The notes: generated from the sequence alone by a model not told the origin. Counted from the first letter of the stretch, positions 19,344-29,043 are shown. The stretch is DNA of 64,000 nucleotides from an uncultured Desulfobacteraceae bacterium (GCA_964575805.1 CAZNSO010000005.1:21818-85817), one strand, 5' to 3'. Made by a program: numbers and translations.

Positions 19344-21416
19344 ATGGAATGGATATTGAATAATATTCCACTTACTTGCACACTGGTCGGTGTTATTGGC
19401 ATTGTTTATTCGCTGGTGGTGGCGGGTGTCATTAAAGGCGCGCCCAGCGGCGATGCCAAAATGGCAGAAATTGCCGGCGCCATCCAGGAAGGCTCGGTTG
19501 CCTACCTGAACCGGCAACTCAAAAGCATGTCAATTGTGGGCATCGTTATTTTCCTTGTTATTTTCTTCGGCCTTGGCGCCAAAACCGGCATCGGCTTCCT
19601 GGTCGGCGCAGTGGCTTCCTTTTTAGCCGGCTACATCGGCATGCGGGTCTCTGTTCTGGCCAACGTAAGAGTCGCCGAAGCCTGTAAAAAAGGTCTGGCC
19701 GAAGGCCTGAGCCTGGCCTTCAAGGGCGGCTCGGTTACCGGCATGCTGGTGGCCGGCCTGGCGCTCGCCTCGATTGCCGGCTTTTATACCTATATGGTAG
19801 CCTCCAGCCCGGAAGACATTGCGCTGGTGGAACTGGTCGTTCCCCTGGTCGCCCTGGGCTTCGGTGGAAGCCTTGTCTCCATCTTCGCCCGTCTCGGCGG
19901 TGGTATTTTCACCAAGGGCGCAGATGTCGGCGCTGACCTGGTTGGCAAGGTTGAAGCAGGGATTCCCGAGGACGATCCAAGAAACCCCGCAACCATCGCC
20001 GACAACGTCGGGGACAACGTTGGCGACTGTGCCGGCATGGCGGCCGACCTTTTTGAAACCTATGCCGTAACTGTTGTTGCCGCCATGCTCCTTGGCGCCC
20101 TTATTTTCCCGGATGATGTTCTGGGCGCCCATTTGCCGCTGGTTCTCGGTGCGGTCTCCATCATTGCCTCCATTATCGCGACCTTCTTTGTCCGTTTGGG
20201 CAAAAGCGAGTACATTATGGGCGCGCTCTACAAGGGCATGTTCGGTGCGGCCATACTTGCCGGCATCGCATTTTATTTTGTCATCACCGGGCTTATCACC
20301 GAGATGAACGGCATTCCGGCGATCAACCTGTATTATGCCTCTCTGGTCGGCCTGGCACTGACGGTGATCATCGTGATCATCACCGAATACTACACCGGCA
20401 TCTACAAACCGGTTAAGGATATTGCCGAAGCCTCAACCACCGGCCATGGCACCAACATCATCGCCGGTCTGGCCGTCAGCCTGCAGTCCACCGCAGCACC
20501 TGTTCTGGCCATCTGCCTTGCCATCGGCATCTCCTACGGCTTTGCCGGACTCTACGGAATCGCCATTGCCACAGTGGCCATGCTGTCCATGACCGGCATG
20601 GTAATCGCCATTGACGCTTACGGCCCGATCACGGACAACGCCGGCGGCATTGCGGAAATGGCGGAACTCGACGACAGCGTACGCGCCGTTACCGATCCCC
20701 TGGATGCGGTGGGCAACACCACCAAGGCGGTTACCAAAGGCTACGCCATCGGCTCTGCCGGTCTGGCTGCCCTGGTTCTCTTCGCCTCTTACACCCAGGA
20801 ATTCGTTATTCGCGCCGAGCATGCAGCGAAAGAAGCCGGGGAGCAGGTAGCCCAGGTCATTTCATTTGATCTGAGCGATGTCAACGTTATCATCGGTCTC
20901 TTTATCGGCGGTCTGCTGCCCTTCCTGTTCGGCTCCATGGCCATGCAGGCTGTTGGCCGCGCCGGCAGCGCTGTTGTTGACGAAGTTCGCCGGCAGTTCC
21001 GCGAAATCCCCGGAATCATGGAAGGCACTGCAAAACCGGATTACGGAAACTGTGTGGACATCGTGACCAAGCACGCATTGAAGGAAATGATGATTCCCGC
21101 CCTGCTCCCGGTGGTCACTCCCATTCTGGTCGGCTTTCTGCTGGGGAAAATTGCACTTGGCGGTCTTTTGATCGGCTCCATCATTACCGGTCTGTTTGTC
21201 GCCATTTCCATGACCACAGGCGGCGCGGCATGGGATAACGCCAAAAAATACATTGAAGACGGCTTCTTCGGCGGAAAAGGCAGCGATGCCCATAAAGCCG
21301 CGGTTACCGGCGACACTGTAGGCGACCCGTACAAAGATACAGCCGGCCCGGCCATCAACCCCATGATCAAGATCTTAAACGTTGTTGCCTTGCTCATGGT
21401 GCCGTTCCTGCTGTAA
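19344..21416 (+). CDS. hppA: membrane-integral H+-translocating pyrophosphatase, K+-independent type
   Basis: 690 aa and polytopic, with [13 protein letters not shown] and [10 protein letters not shown]. The [16 protein letters not shown] segment has Lys in GNTTKA, which is the published signature of K+-independent enzymes. Confidence 0.93.
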   Translation: MEWILNNIPLTCTLVGVIGIVYSLVVAGVIKGAPSGDAKMAEIAGAIQEGSVAYLNRQLKSMSIVGIVIFLVIFFGLGAKTGIGFLVGAVASFLAGYIGMRVSVLANVRVAEACKKGLAEGLSLAFKGGSVTGMLVAGLALASIAGFYTYMVASSPEDIALVELVVPLVALGFGGSLVSIFARLGGGIFTKGADVGADLVGKVEAGIPEDDPRNPATIADNVGDNVGDCAGMAADLFETYAVTVVAAMLLGALIFPDDVLGAHLPLVLGAVSIIASIIATFFVRLGKSEYIMGALYKGMFGAAILAGIAFYFVITGLITEMNGIPAINLYYASLVGLALTVIIVIITEYYTGIYKPVKDIAEASTTGHGTNIIAGLAVSLQSTAAPVLAICLAIGISYGFAGLYGIAIATVAMLSMTGMVIAIDAYGPITDNAGGIAEMAELDDSVRAVTDPLDAVGNTTKAVTKGYAIGSAGLAALVLFASYTQEFVIRAEHAAKEAGEQVAQVISFDLSDVNVIIGLFIGGLLPFLFGSMAMQAVGRAGSAVVDEVRRQFREIPGIMEGTAKPDYGNCVDIVTKHALKEMMIPALLPVVTPILVGFLLGKIALGGLLIGSIITGLFVAISMTTGGAAWDNAKKYIEDGFFGGKGSDAHKAAVTGDTVGDPYKDTAGPAINPMIKILNVVALLMVPFLL

Positions 21417-21447
21417 AGATGTAATCAGCTATAAGCATTAAAACCTG

Positions 21448-21485
21448 AAAGGGATTGGGGGAGTTTTCCCCAATCCCTTTTTTTA
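21448..21485 (+). terminator. intrinsic terminator after hppA
   Basis: Perfect 13-bp stem AAAGGGATTGGGG / CCCCAATCCCTTT with a 7-nt loop, running into a T-tract. Confidence 0.85.
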
Positions 21486-21572
21486 TTGAACTAATTTGTA
21501 AAAAATGGTAGGTATGGTTTTTTATGCTAAAAATTTAATGAATTCAAGATAAATTCAAGATGAGGATATTTT

Positions 21573-22124
21573 ATGATGGTGACAACTACGGCCAAAAAAG
21601 CAGAGACGGAAAAACAAAGCCCGAAAGCATTCCAGGTCGGTGACCTGGCGGTTTATCCGGCGCATGGCGTGGGCCGCATCGAGTCCATTGAAAGTCGGAC
21701 CATTAACGGAGCCAAGCACAATTTCTACATCATGAAAATCATCGACAATGGTATGGTCATCATGATTCCCACCACCAACGTCGACTCCGTGGGTCTGCGT
21801 GAGGTCATCCGGGAAAGCCAGGTTCCGGAAATCTACTCGGTATTGAAACAGAAAAAAGATGACATCTTTGACAACCAGACATGGAACCGCCGGTACAAAG
21901 AGTACATGGATAAAATAAAAACCGGCTCGCTCTATGATGTGGCCGAGGTCTTCAGGGACCTGTTTGTCCTCAAACTGGCAAAAGATCTTTCCTTCGGGGA
22001 ACGAAAACTGCTGGACACAGCCAAAGGGCTGCTGTTGAGGGAACTCTGCACAGCCAGAAACATCGATGAAGCCGCCATGTGGGATGAAATCGAATCCCTG
22101 TTTGAAACCACCGCTGTGCAATAA
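21573..22124 (+). CDS. CarD/CdnL-family RNA-polymerase-binding transcription regulator
   Basis: Has the CarD_TRCF N-domain FQVGDLAVYPAHGVGRIESIE...YIMKI and a helical C-domain with WNRRYKEY. Confidence 0.85.
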   Translation: MMVTTTAKKAETEKQSPKAFQVGDLAVYPAHGVGRIESIESRTINGAKHNFYIMKIIDNGMVIMIPTTNVDSVGLREVIRESQVPEIYSVLKQKKDDIFDNQTWNRRYKEYMDKIKTGSLYDVAEVFRDLFVLKLAKDLSFGERKLLDTAKGLLLRELCTARNIDEAAMWDEIESLFETTAVQ

Positions 22125-22140
22125 AACCAACAACATCCTT

Positions 22141-23172
22141 ATGCCCGGCCAGCGCCCCGTTAACTTTGGGGTCACTGTTGCCGAGGCCGGGCGCCGTCTG
22201 GATGTCATCTTTGCTGCCAGGTTTCCGGAAATCTCCCGAAACACCGCCAGACAGCTGATTCAAAAAGGCCACGTCCGGGTTGGCGGAAAAATCTGCAAAC
22301 CCAGTTACAAACCCTGCGCGGAAGAGCTAATCACCGGCACCCTCCCGGATGCCGGAACCTCCGGGGCACCTCATGCGGATGCTTTTCCGCCGGATACCAT
22401 TGCGCCAGATGCCATTCCACCGGATGCTATTCCACCGGATGCTATTCCAATAGACATCCTCTTTGAGGACAATCACCTGCTGGCCCTTAACAAGCCACCC
22501 GGTCTTGTCGTTCACCCCGCAGCCGGTCATGGCCGCCACACCCTCGCCAATGCACTGATTCACCACCGGCCGGAGATTGCCGGAATCGGCTCCGGCCCTG
22601 ACCGCCCGGGTATCGTGCACCGTCTGGACAAACTAACTTCCGGTGCCATCCTTGTGGCCAAAACCCACGCGTCATTTGAAGGGTTGAGCGCCCAGTTCAG
22701 GGAACGCCGCATTGAAAAGACGTATCTGGGGTTGGTTTACGGCGAACCGAAGGCGGAGAGTGGCCGCATCGATCTGCCCATCGGGCGGCACCTTACCCAG
22801 CGAAAAAAAATGTCTGCCACCCATTATTCCAGGGCCCGCCATGCGGAAACCCACTGGCAGGTGAAACGCCGCTATGGAAAACTCACGCTCATGGCATACA
22901 CCATCACCACCGGCCGCACCCACCAGATACGGGTACACAGTGCCGCCATCCATTGCCCCCTGGTCGGCGACTCGGTTTACGGAATAAAGAAACCGGCAAG
23001 ATACCTTTCCGATCAGCCCAACCTGCTGGCACTTGTCCGCAGCATCAACCGGCAGATGCTGCATGCCTGGCGATTACGGTTTGCGCATCCGCTAACCGAA
23101 ACCCCCCTCTACATTGAAGCGCCCCTGCCCCCGGATATGGCCGACCTGCTTTTGCATCTGGATACCCCCTGA
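22141..23172 (+). CDS. rluD: RluA-family 23S rRNA pseudouridine synthase (RluD-like)
   Basis: ATG at 22141 lies 16 nt after the carD-like stop. An S4-like N-domain is followed by the catalytic motif HRLDKLTSGAIL and HQIRVH. A pentapeptide-repeat insert lies between the domains. Confidence 0.85.
   Translation: MPGQRPVNFGVTVAEAGRRLDVIFAARFPEISRNTARQLIQKGHVRVGGKICKPSYKPCAEELITGTLPDAGTSGAPHADAFPPDTIAPDAIPPDAIPPDAIPIDILFEDNHLLALNKPPGLVVHPAAGHGRHTLANALIHHRPEIAGIGSGPDRPGIVHRLDKLTSGAILVAKTHASFEGLSAQFRERRIEKTYLGLVYGEPKAESGRIDLPIGRHLTQRKKMSATHYSRARHAETHWQVKRRYGKLTLMAYTITTGRTHQIRVHSAAIHCPLVGDSVYGIKKPARYLSDQPNLLALVRSINRQMLHAWRLRFAHPLTETPLYIEAPLPPDMADLLLHLDTP
22390..22449 (+). repeat. 4 x 15-bp in-frame tandem repeat inside rluD
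   Basis: Units are ccggataccattgcg, ccagatgccattcca, ccggatgctattcca and ccggatgctattcca. They encode PDTIA-PDAIP-PDAIP-PDAIP. Confidence 0.9.
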
Positions 23173-23193
23173 GAAAGGGTGCCACAGCAAAGG

Positions 23194-23763
23194 TCAGCCC
23201 TTGCGTTTCAGCTCCAGCGTACATTGCTTTTTCTCTTTATTGAAGGTCATCACAATTTCCTGATCATCGCCTTTGCTGCTGTTCAATTGCCGATAACGGG
23301 ATCGGATCCGGTTTTCAAATTCAGCCGCGGATTCCTGATTGCTGGCCCCAATTTCCCCCAACTTCTGCTGCTGGAGTTTCCAGAAAGATTGCAGGGATTG
23401 TGAAGGCTTCTCATCCTTCGCAGAATCAGCAGAAGGGGCCGCACTTGGCTGGGTACGGCCGAATGGCCGACCCTGCCGGTAAGCAGCCTCGGCATTTTCC
23501 CATAACTGCTGCCAGGCCTTTTTATGATAAAAGACTTTCCATTGCAGGTTGTCCAGAATGGTTTCGAGCTGCTTGGCGGCGACAGCCGGCGGGATCCGAT
23601 AATGCTGAATTTTTTCCACCAGTTCATGGTGCCGTGGATGCGGCTTGTTCTGTCGGTCAGCCAGATATGCCCGAATTTTTCCATCCATGGCATCCACTTC
23701 TCGATCCAAGCGCGCCAATTCATCTTTAACCTTTTTGAACACCGGGTCAGTTGATAACGCCAT
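23194..23763 (-). CDS. hypothetical protein (189 aa, helical/charged, no recognisable domain)
   Basis: ATG at 23763 is preceded by GAGG with an 8-nt spacer. Composition looks coding-like, and the region is visibly lower in GC than its flanks. I recognise no motif. Confidence 0.5.
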   Translation of the reverse strand: MALSTDPVFKKVKDELARLDREVDAMDGKIRAYLADRQNKPHPRHHELVEKIQHYRIPPAVAAKQLETILDNLQWKVFYHKKAWQQLWENAEAAYRQGRPFGRTQPSAAPSADSAKDEKPSQSLQSFWKLQQQKLGEIGASNQESAAEFENRIRSRYRQLNSSKGDDQEIVMTFNKEKKQCTLELKRKG

Positions 23764-23987
23764 AATGCCCACCTCAATTTAAGTTTTCTGCTATTGCTCA
23801 TCCTTGCTTTTTTATTGCCCTTAACGACCAAACAGGGGCAAAGGCGAGCAAGGCATTACTTGCTACAACAGTCTGCGACAACAGGACGTACTTTTGCCGC
23901 CTTTCTGAAAAAATTCTTAGCAACTCTTTGACTTAATGTAAAGGAGCTGAAAAAAACCGGCCCCAAAAAGGCAAAAAGAATCGGCGG

Positions 23988-24032
23988 AAAAAAAAGGCGC
24001 TGATTGGTTTTTTTCAAACCAATCAGCGCCTT
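23988..24032 (-). terminator. intrinsic terminator ending the cytochrome-rnf operon
   Basis: Read on the minus strand: a 15-bp perfect stem AAGGCGCTGATTGGT / ACCAATCAGCGCCTT followed by T8, about 55 nt after the rnfA stop. Confidence 0.88.
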
Positions 24033-24087
24033 GTCTTCCACATAAACCAAGTCTTCTGACGCGTATCAAATCCTTATCCGAAAAAGA

Positions 24088-24663
24088 TCATACCATCCCC
24101 TTGAATGCAAAAAAAGCGAGGGAAATGATACCGGCAGTCACCATTCCAATGGAAGTGTCCTGCAGGGGCCGGGGCACCCGTGCCAGCATGACCCGTTCGC
24201 GCACGCCGGTGAACAGAATCAGTGCCAGGCCGAAACCGATTGCATAGGCAACCGCTGAAATCAGGGCCTGAAGAAAGGTGTTTTCCTCCTGAATATTTAT
24301 CAGGCAGACGCCCATCACAGAACAATTGGTGGTGATCAGGGGCAGGAATATGCCGAGACCCGCGTACAAGGCGGGAATGCTTTTTTTCAAAAACATTTCA
24401 ACAAACTGGACAAGGGAGGCGATCACCAGGATAAAGGCGATGGTGCGCAAAAATTCAATCTCGAGGGTGACCAGAAAGTAGGTGTTGACAACCCAGGTAA
24501 TCATCGCTGCCATGACCATGACAAAAATGACCGCCATGCTCATGCCCACCGCTGTCTCCATTTTTTTGGAGGTGCCCATGAAGGGACATACGCCAAGGTA
24601 CTGGGCCAGAAGGATATTGTTGATAAATATACAACTGATGATCAGAACAAAAATATCGCCCAT
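24088..24663 (-). CDS. rnfA: Rnf electron transport complex subunit A
   Basis: 191 aa polytopic protein with INNILLAQYLGVCPFMGTSKKMETA and LPLITTNC. Confidence 0.9.
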   Translation of the reverse strand: MGDIFVLIISCIFINNILLAQYLGVCPFMGTSKKMETAVGMSMAVIFVMVMAAMITWVVNTYFLVTLEIEFLRTIAFILVIASLVQFVEMFLKKSIPALYAGLGIFLPLITTNCSVMGVCLINIQEENTFLQALISAVAYAIGFGLALILFTGVRERVMLARVPRPLQDTSIGMVTAGIISLAFFAFKGMV

Positions 24664-24698
24664 ATGCTAAACTCCTGTTTGCACTTATGCAGCCGGGC

Positions 24699-25292
24699 TT
24701 ACCGGCTGCCGGCCAGGTTCATCATGCACAGCATCAGTCCAAGGCAGACAAAGGCCCCCGGGGCTTCAACCATGAATGTAAATGGTTCAAATGATTCCCA
24801 AAAAACCTGCATACCGAAAAACGTGCCCTCCCCCAGGACCTCGCGCACAGCGCCTATCGCGCCAAGAGACAGGGTAAACCCCAGTCCGATGCCGAGGCCG
24901 TCGGCAACTGAAAACACAGGGGTGTTCTTGGATGCAAAAGCTTCGGAACGACCGAGAACAATGCAGTTAACCACAATCAGCGGGATGAAAATACCCAGCT
25001 GGAGGTAGAGCGGGTAGGCGAACGCCTGCATCAGCAGCTCCACCACGGTGACAAATGTGGCAATAATGATGATGAAACAGGCAATCCGGATCTTAGCCGG
25101 TATCACATTTCGCAGCAGAGAAACCAGAAGGTTGGAGAAAACCAGGACAAATGTGGTGGCAATCCCCATGCCAAGGCCGTTTTGAACCGATTTGGTGACC
25201 GCAAGGACCGGGCAGAGCCCCAGCACCAGTCGAAACGGCGGTATCTCTTCCCATAATCCCTTGGTAAATTCCTGAGCCAGCGTTTTCGCCAT
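24699..25292 (-). CDS. rnfE: Rnf electron transport complex subunit E
   Basis: Has LVLGLCPVLAVT and IPLIVVNCIVLGR. Confidence 0.9.
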   Translation of the reverse strand: MAKTLAQEFTKGLWEEIPPFRLVLGLCPVLAVTKSVQNGLGMGIATTFVLVFSNLLVSLLRNVIPAKIRIACFIIIIATFVTVVELLMQAFAYPLYLQLGIFIPLIVVNCIVLGRSEAFASKNTPVFSVADGLGIGLGFTLSLGAIGAVREVLGEGTFFGMQVFWESFEPFTFMVEAPGAFVCLGLMLCMMNLAGSR

Positions 25293-25307
25293 AATCTTTA
25301 CTTCCCC

Positions 25308-25904
25308 TTAGCCGGAAAAAGTGGATAACTTTTCTGAAATGGCCGGCTTTAACTTCTCATACAAGTCACCGGCTTTCTGAACGGCCCGGCATACTGCCCG
25401 GGAGGAAACGGTGGCGCCGGATATGGGCGTGATGTCGCCGCCGTCTGATTTCACCTGTGTCTCGGTTCCTATTGAAACACCCTGGAACTGATCCTTGAAT
25501 TCTTCGTTGGTTTCAATCCGGGATCCCAGCCCCGGCGTTTCATTGTGGGTGGTGATGCTGACGCCGCGGATTTCTCCGCTTTTGACATTTACGGCAATCA
25601 TCACGCCCACATCACCGCCGTATCCGCCTCCCTTGGTCTCATAAGCCACCACCCGCGGCTCGCCCTCAAATACCCCGACAAAAAAATTTTTTTCCCCTTC
25701 ACCATCCACCGGGATTGAGAAGCGGTCGTTGATGGGGTTGTTGCTGGCGCCTTCCATAATCTTCTTAATGGCCGGTCCCTTGACAAACTTGAGCACCTGA
25801 TTGTCAATACGCTCCTGGGTATTGTTCTGGATGGCCGCGAGCAGTCCTCCCGAACAGCAGCTCAACAGGGTCAGCACAATAACCATCTTAATCATTTCAC
25901 GCAT
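25308..25904 (-). CDS. rnfG: Rnf electron transport complex subunit G (FMN-binding)
   Basis: N-terminal anchor and FMN_bind domain, with the covalent-FMN motif SGATVSS. Confidence 0.88.
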   Translation of the reverse strand: MREMIKMVIVLTLLSCCSGGLLAAIQNNTQERIDNQVLKFVKGPAIKKIMEGASNNPINDRFSIPVDGEGEKNFFVGVFEGEPRVVAYETKGGGYGGDVGVMIAVNVKSGEIRGVSITTHNETPGLGSRIETNEEFKDQFQGVSIGTETQVKSDGGDITPISGATVSSRAVCRAVQKAGDLYEKLKPAISEKLSTFSG

Positions 25905-26865
25905 AATTGCTTACCTTTCCCAAGGGCTTGGGCCGGATCTTATCAATAAGCGGGTTGGCCAGATTAATCACCAGGATGGCAAAAATCACCCCGTCAATAT
26001 GGGTGCCGATATTGCGGATCAGGATGGCCAGGAAACCGCCAAGGGCACCGTAGATCAGCATCGGAATAAAATTGACCGGCGATGAGGTATCTTCAGTTGC
26101 CAGGAAAAAAGCGCCCAAAAGGGAATAACCGGTCAGCAGGTGAAAGCCGGCCCCGGCGTAAACTTCCGGATTGGCATTATGAAAAATAAATGCCGTCACA
26201 AACATGCCGGCAATAAATGAAACCGCGATTTCCCAGCGAATATAGCCTCGGATCATCAAATAAACCCCTCCGATGATCAGGCCAAGGGGAAAGGAGGTTC
26301 CGATACCGCCTGTCTGGCGGCCCATCAAAAGATCCGGAAGAGAGAAGGACCCCACAGCCCCGGCGCCGAAAGACTTGGCCAGAACCAGCGGGTAGACGGG
26401 GTTGAAATCAAAGCGATAGTTGACAAGGGCGGCGTTGAAATCAAAATAGCCGCCCCAGGACAACATCAGAACGGCCATCGCCAGAACCGCCGGCTGAAAA
26501 GGGTTTCCGCCCAGACCGCCGTAGATTTGTTTGCCGATAACAACCGCAAAGAAAGTTCCCACCACAACGACCCACCACGGCGTGGTGGCCGGCAGCATCA
26601 TGGCAAAAAGCATGCCGAGCAATGCCGCATTGCCGTCGCCTATCGAAACGGGTCGGCGGGTCAAATAATTCATTGCCAGTTCCCATATCATGGCCGAAGC
26701 AACGGAGAGGCCTATAACGGCCAGTGCAGGAATTCCGTATTGCCAGACGCCGGGAATAACCGCAAGCAGGGTTGCCAGCAATATATGATAATGCTTGATG
26801 GAAACCTTGCTGCCGTTATGCCAGAACGGCGCATGGGATACCGTCAGTTTGAGTGGCTCAGGCAT
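25897..26865 (-). CDS. rnfD: Rnf electron transport complex subunit D
   Basis: 322 aa polytopic NqrB/RnfD-like protein. It overlaps both neighbouring genes by 8 nt. Confidence 0.88.
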   Translation of the reverse strand: MPEPLKLTVSHAPFWHNGSKVSIKHYHILLATLLAVIPGVWQYGIPALAVIGLSVASAMIWELAMNYLTRRPVSIGDGNAALLGMLFAMMLPATTPWWVVVVGTFFAVVIGKQIYGGLGGNPFQPAVLAMAVLMLSWGGYFDFNAALVNYRFDFNPVYPLVLAKSFGAGAVGSFSLPDLLMGRQTGGIGTSFPLGLIIGGVYLMIRGYIRWEIAVSFIAGMFVTAFIFHNANPEVYAGAGFHLLTGYSLLGAFFLATEDTSSPVNFIPMLIYGALGGFLAILIRNIGTHIDGVIFAILVINLANPLIDKIRPKPLGKVSNYA

Positions 26866-28141
26866 GGCTTTCCTCCGCTTTCATGCGCTCCAACATATGT
26901 TTGGCCAGCTTGATATGTTGAAATATGGGAATTCGGGGTTCACAAACGTAGGCGCAAAGGCCGCATTCAATGCAGGCCTGGAGATCGGCCTGATCCTCGG
27001 CGGCTTCATATTGCTGCGCTTCCAGCAAGCGGACCAGGATGTTGACCGGGATGTTGACCGGGCAGACCCGAATGCATTCGCCGCAATTGGTGCAAGCCAC
27101 ATCGGATGGCTCCGTGGCCTGTGATTTGTCCTGAATCATGATCATGTCCGTATCCGCCTGAACAGGCTGCCCCGTGGAATAGACCGCAACCCCTGTCATC
27201 GGACCGCCGAAAATAACACGGTCACCGTCATTAACCGTTTCATCCAATGCATCAAGGATGTCTTCCAGCGGAGTTCCGATGGGTGTGGACACCAACTGCA
27301 TTTTTCCTTCTTTGGAGATAAAGGACAGAACCTTTTCCAGCGGAAGCCGACCGGTGTTGAAGGCCGCGCCAATGGCGGAAACCGCCTCGGCGGAAAAAAA
27401 GGCCACATCGGCCTTGGATCCCGCGGTGCCGGCATCCAGCTCATCCGCCAATACTTTCCGTACGATCAAGTCGGGATGTGCCCCCGGATATTCCGAATCC
27501 ACTGTCTTCACCACGGCGCCCGAAGCTCCGGCCTCCTGGACCAGATGCGCCGGTACTGCCAGTATCACATTATGAATGCCGGTAATCTGGCGAAGCATAT
27601 CAATGCCGGTTTTGATCGATTCAATACCGGTTTTGACAAAATATTGATTGGTCGTGGAAAGCAGGTCCCGTTCAGCGCCTAATACCACAATGGCTTGTAT
27701 CCGCCTGTTCGGATCGGAAAAAACCGAAAAATCCGGCTTTCCGGGAAGCCCCTGGAGAAACCGGGCGGCATTGGCAAGCCCGGGCGTCTGACCCTGCTCT
27801 TTGAATTCCTCATTTGCTTTCTGATCCGCCTCGGCATCCACTGCAATGGTCACGGCAGTCATCTTCGCCTGCATCATGCCCAGAAAAGGTTTAATGGCGG
27901 TGATCTTTCCAGACCTGGCGGCCAGGGCGTAGTCTTCGGCTTCCTCAGTCACCCGGATCCGCTGCCCCCGGCTCACCCGGTCGCCCACTGCCAGGCTCAG
28001 GTCCCCGGATTGTTCCAGCGGCGTTTTCAGAAGGTATTGGATCTGCCGGGAGGGAAGAATGTAAACGGGTTCGGCCTGGGTATCCGTAATGGCCTCGTAT
28101 GTCAGTCTTGGTTTGATAAAGCCCAAAAATGCTCTTTTCAT
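26858..28141 (-). CDS. rnfC: Rnf electron transport complex subunit C
   Basis: 427 aa with two 4Fe-4S motifs, CTNCGECIRVCP and CIECGLCAYVCEP, and an NADH/FMN-binding-like core. Confidence 0.9.
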   Translation of the reverse strand: MKRAFLGFIKPRLTYEAITDTQAEPVYILPSRQIQYLLKTPLEQSGDLSLAVGDRVSRGQRIRVTEEAEDYALAARSGKITAIKPFLGMMQAKMTAVTIAVDAEADQKANEEFKEQGQTPGLANAARFLQGLPGKPDFSVFSDPNRRIQAIVVLGAERDLLSTTNQYFVKTGIESIKTGIDMLRQITGIHNVILAVPAHLVQEAGASGAVVKTVDSEYPGAHPDLIVRKVLADELDAGTAGSKADVAFFSAEAVSAIGAAFNTGRLPLEKVLSFISKEGKMQLVSTPIGTPLEDILDALDETVNDGDRVIFGGPMTGVAVYSTGQPVQADTDMIMIQDKSQATEPSDVACTNCGECIRVCPVNIPVNILVRLLEAQQYEAAEDQADLQACIECGLCAYVCEPRIPIFQHIKLAKHMLERMKAEESHA

Positions 28142-28268
28142 GGATCAACCTTTACCGGTGCTGTCCTTGTGTTGTTTTTTTAGCCTGATGGCATTTTTAC
28201 TGCGCGGTCATTAACCCCTTACACGGCAGGATTTAACCTCGATCCGGTATTCCGGGCCCTCAAACAAA

Positions 28269-28904
28269 TCAAAAGCCATGACACCCGTTGCAGTCGGATT
28301 GGGCCGGACCCGCCCCGAACGACTCATGGCATCCGATGCACTGGTCATGGAAGGCCTTTGTTCGCTCGCGGGGGCCGTGGCAGCCTGTGCAGTCGCCACC
28401 GGCCGGACTGACCCCGAAATCCTCGTGACATCCGATGCATTGCATATGAAAGGCATCTTTTCTGCCGGGCATCATGTCATCGCCCATGCCCCTTTGATGG
28501 CACGCCGTGCAATGCTGCGGCTGGCCGGGGTCACCCTGCTGGTAATTGTGATGACAATCATTGCAATAAAGGCCGTAATCCATTTCATGGGCGTCATGAT
28601 CGAACATACCGTTTTCACCCAGTGCCGGCTGATACTTCTCCCCGGCCTGGTGGCACTTCACGCATGAATCGGGGGTCTGCTGCCCCGTGTCCGTCATTTC
28701 ATGGTGGCAATCCAGGCAGTTCAGTCCATAGGCGTCGCTGTGTGTCTGGTGATCAAACAATACATTGCCGCCCTTGGTTTGAAACATTTTTCGGATCGGG
28801 ACCTCCGGTGTTTTGGCCGGCAGCAGCGTATAGCCCAGAAACCCCACGACGAGGCAGACAGCGATCAGCCCGTACGCCAATTTCAGTTCATTTTTCGAAT
28901 TCAT
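28269..28904 (-). CDS. membrane-anchored octahaem c-type cytochrome (cytochrome c3-family-like)
   Basis: Has an N-terminal hydrophobic anchor LAYGLIAVCLVVGFLGYTLL and eight CXXCH motifs: CLDCH, CVKCH, CNDCH, CTACH, CIGCH, CTGCH, CIGCH, CNGCH. It lies 127 nt upstream of rnfC on the same strand. Confidence 0.88.
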   Translation of the reverse strand: MNSKNELKLAYGLIAVCLVVGFLGYTLLPAKTPEVPIRKMFQTKGGNVLFDHQTHSDAYGLNCLDCHHEMTDTGQQTPDSCVKCHQAGEKYQPALGENGMFDHDAHEMDYGLYCNDCHHNYQQGDPGQPQHCTACHQRGMGDDMMPGRKDAFHMQCIGCHEDFGVSPAGGDCTGCHGPRERTKAFHDQCIGCHESFGAGPAQSDCNGCHGF

Positions 28905-29043
28905 GCGAATCGATTCCTTTCAACAACCGACTACCTTAAGCCTCTTATGCATTCACCGGGCAGTATGCGCCTGCTCAGCCGTCGCCCGTTACCGGGGTTG
29001 ATTGCCTTCAACACCCCCTGTAAACGAAAAATTTAAAATATCC

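Noticed and set aside
21541-21561. Direct repeat AATTCAAGAT x2 just upstream of the carD-like ribosome-binding site.
   Set aside because: It is only two short AT-rich copies in an AT-rich promoter region, which is insufficient evidence for a regulatory site.
23283-23831. Trp-rich 182-aa ORF in an alternative frame over the orphan gene.
   Set aside because: It overlaps the better-supported frame, which has a GAGG ribosome-binding site, and its odd composition (many W, R and S residues) looks off-frame.
23856-24050. 64-aa ORF directly downstream of rnfA, considered as a possible tiny RnfB substitute.
   Set aside because: It spans the 15-bp-stem intrinsic terminator, has no cysteine/Fe-S motif apart from a terminal CC, and has no ribosome-binding site.
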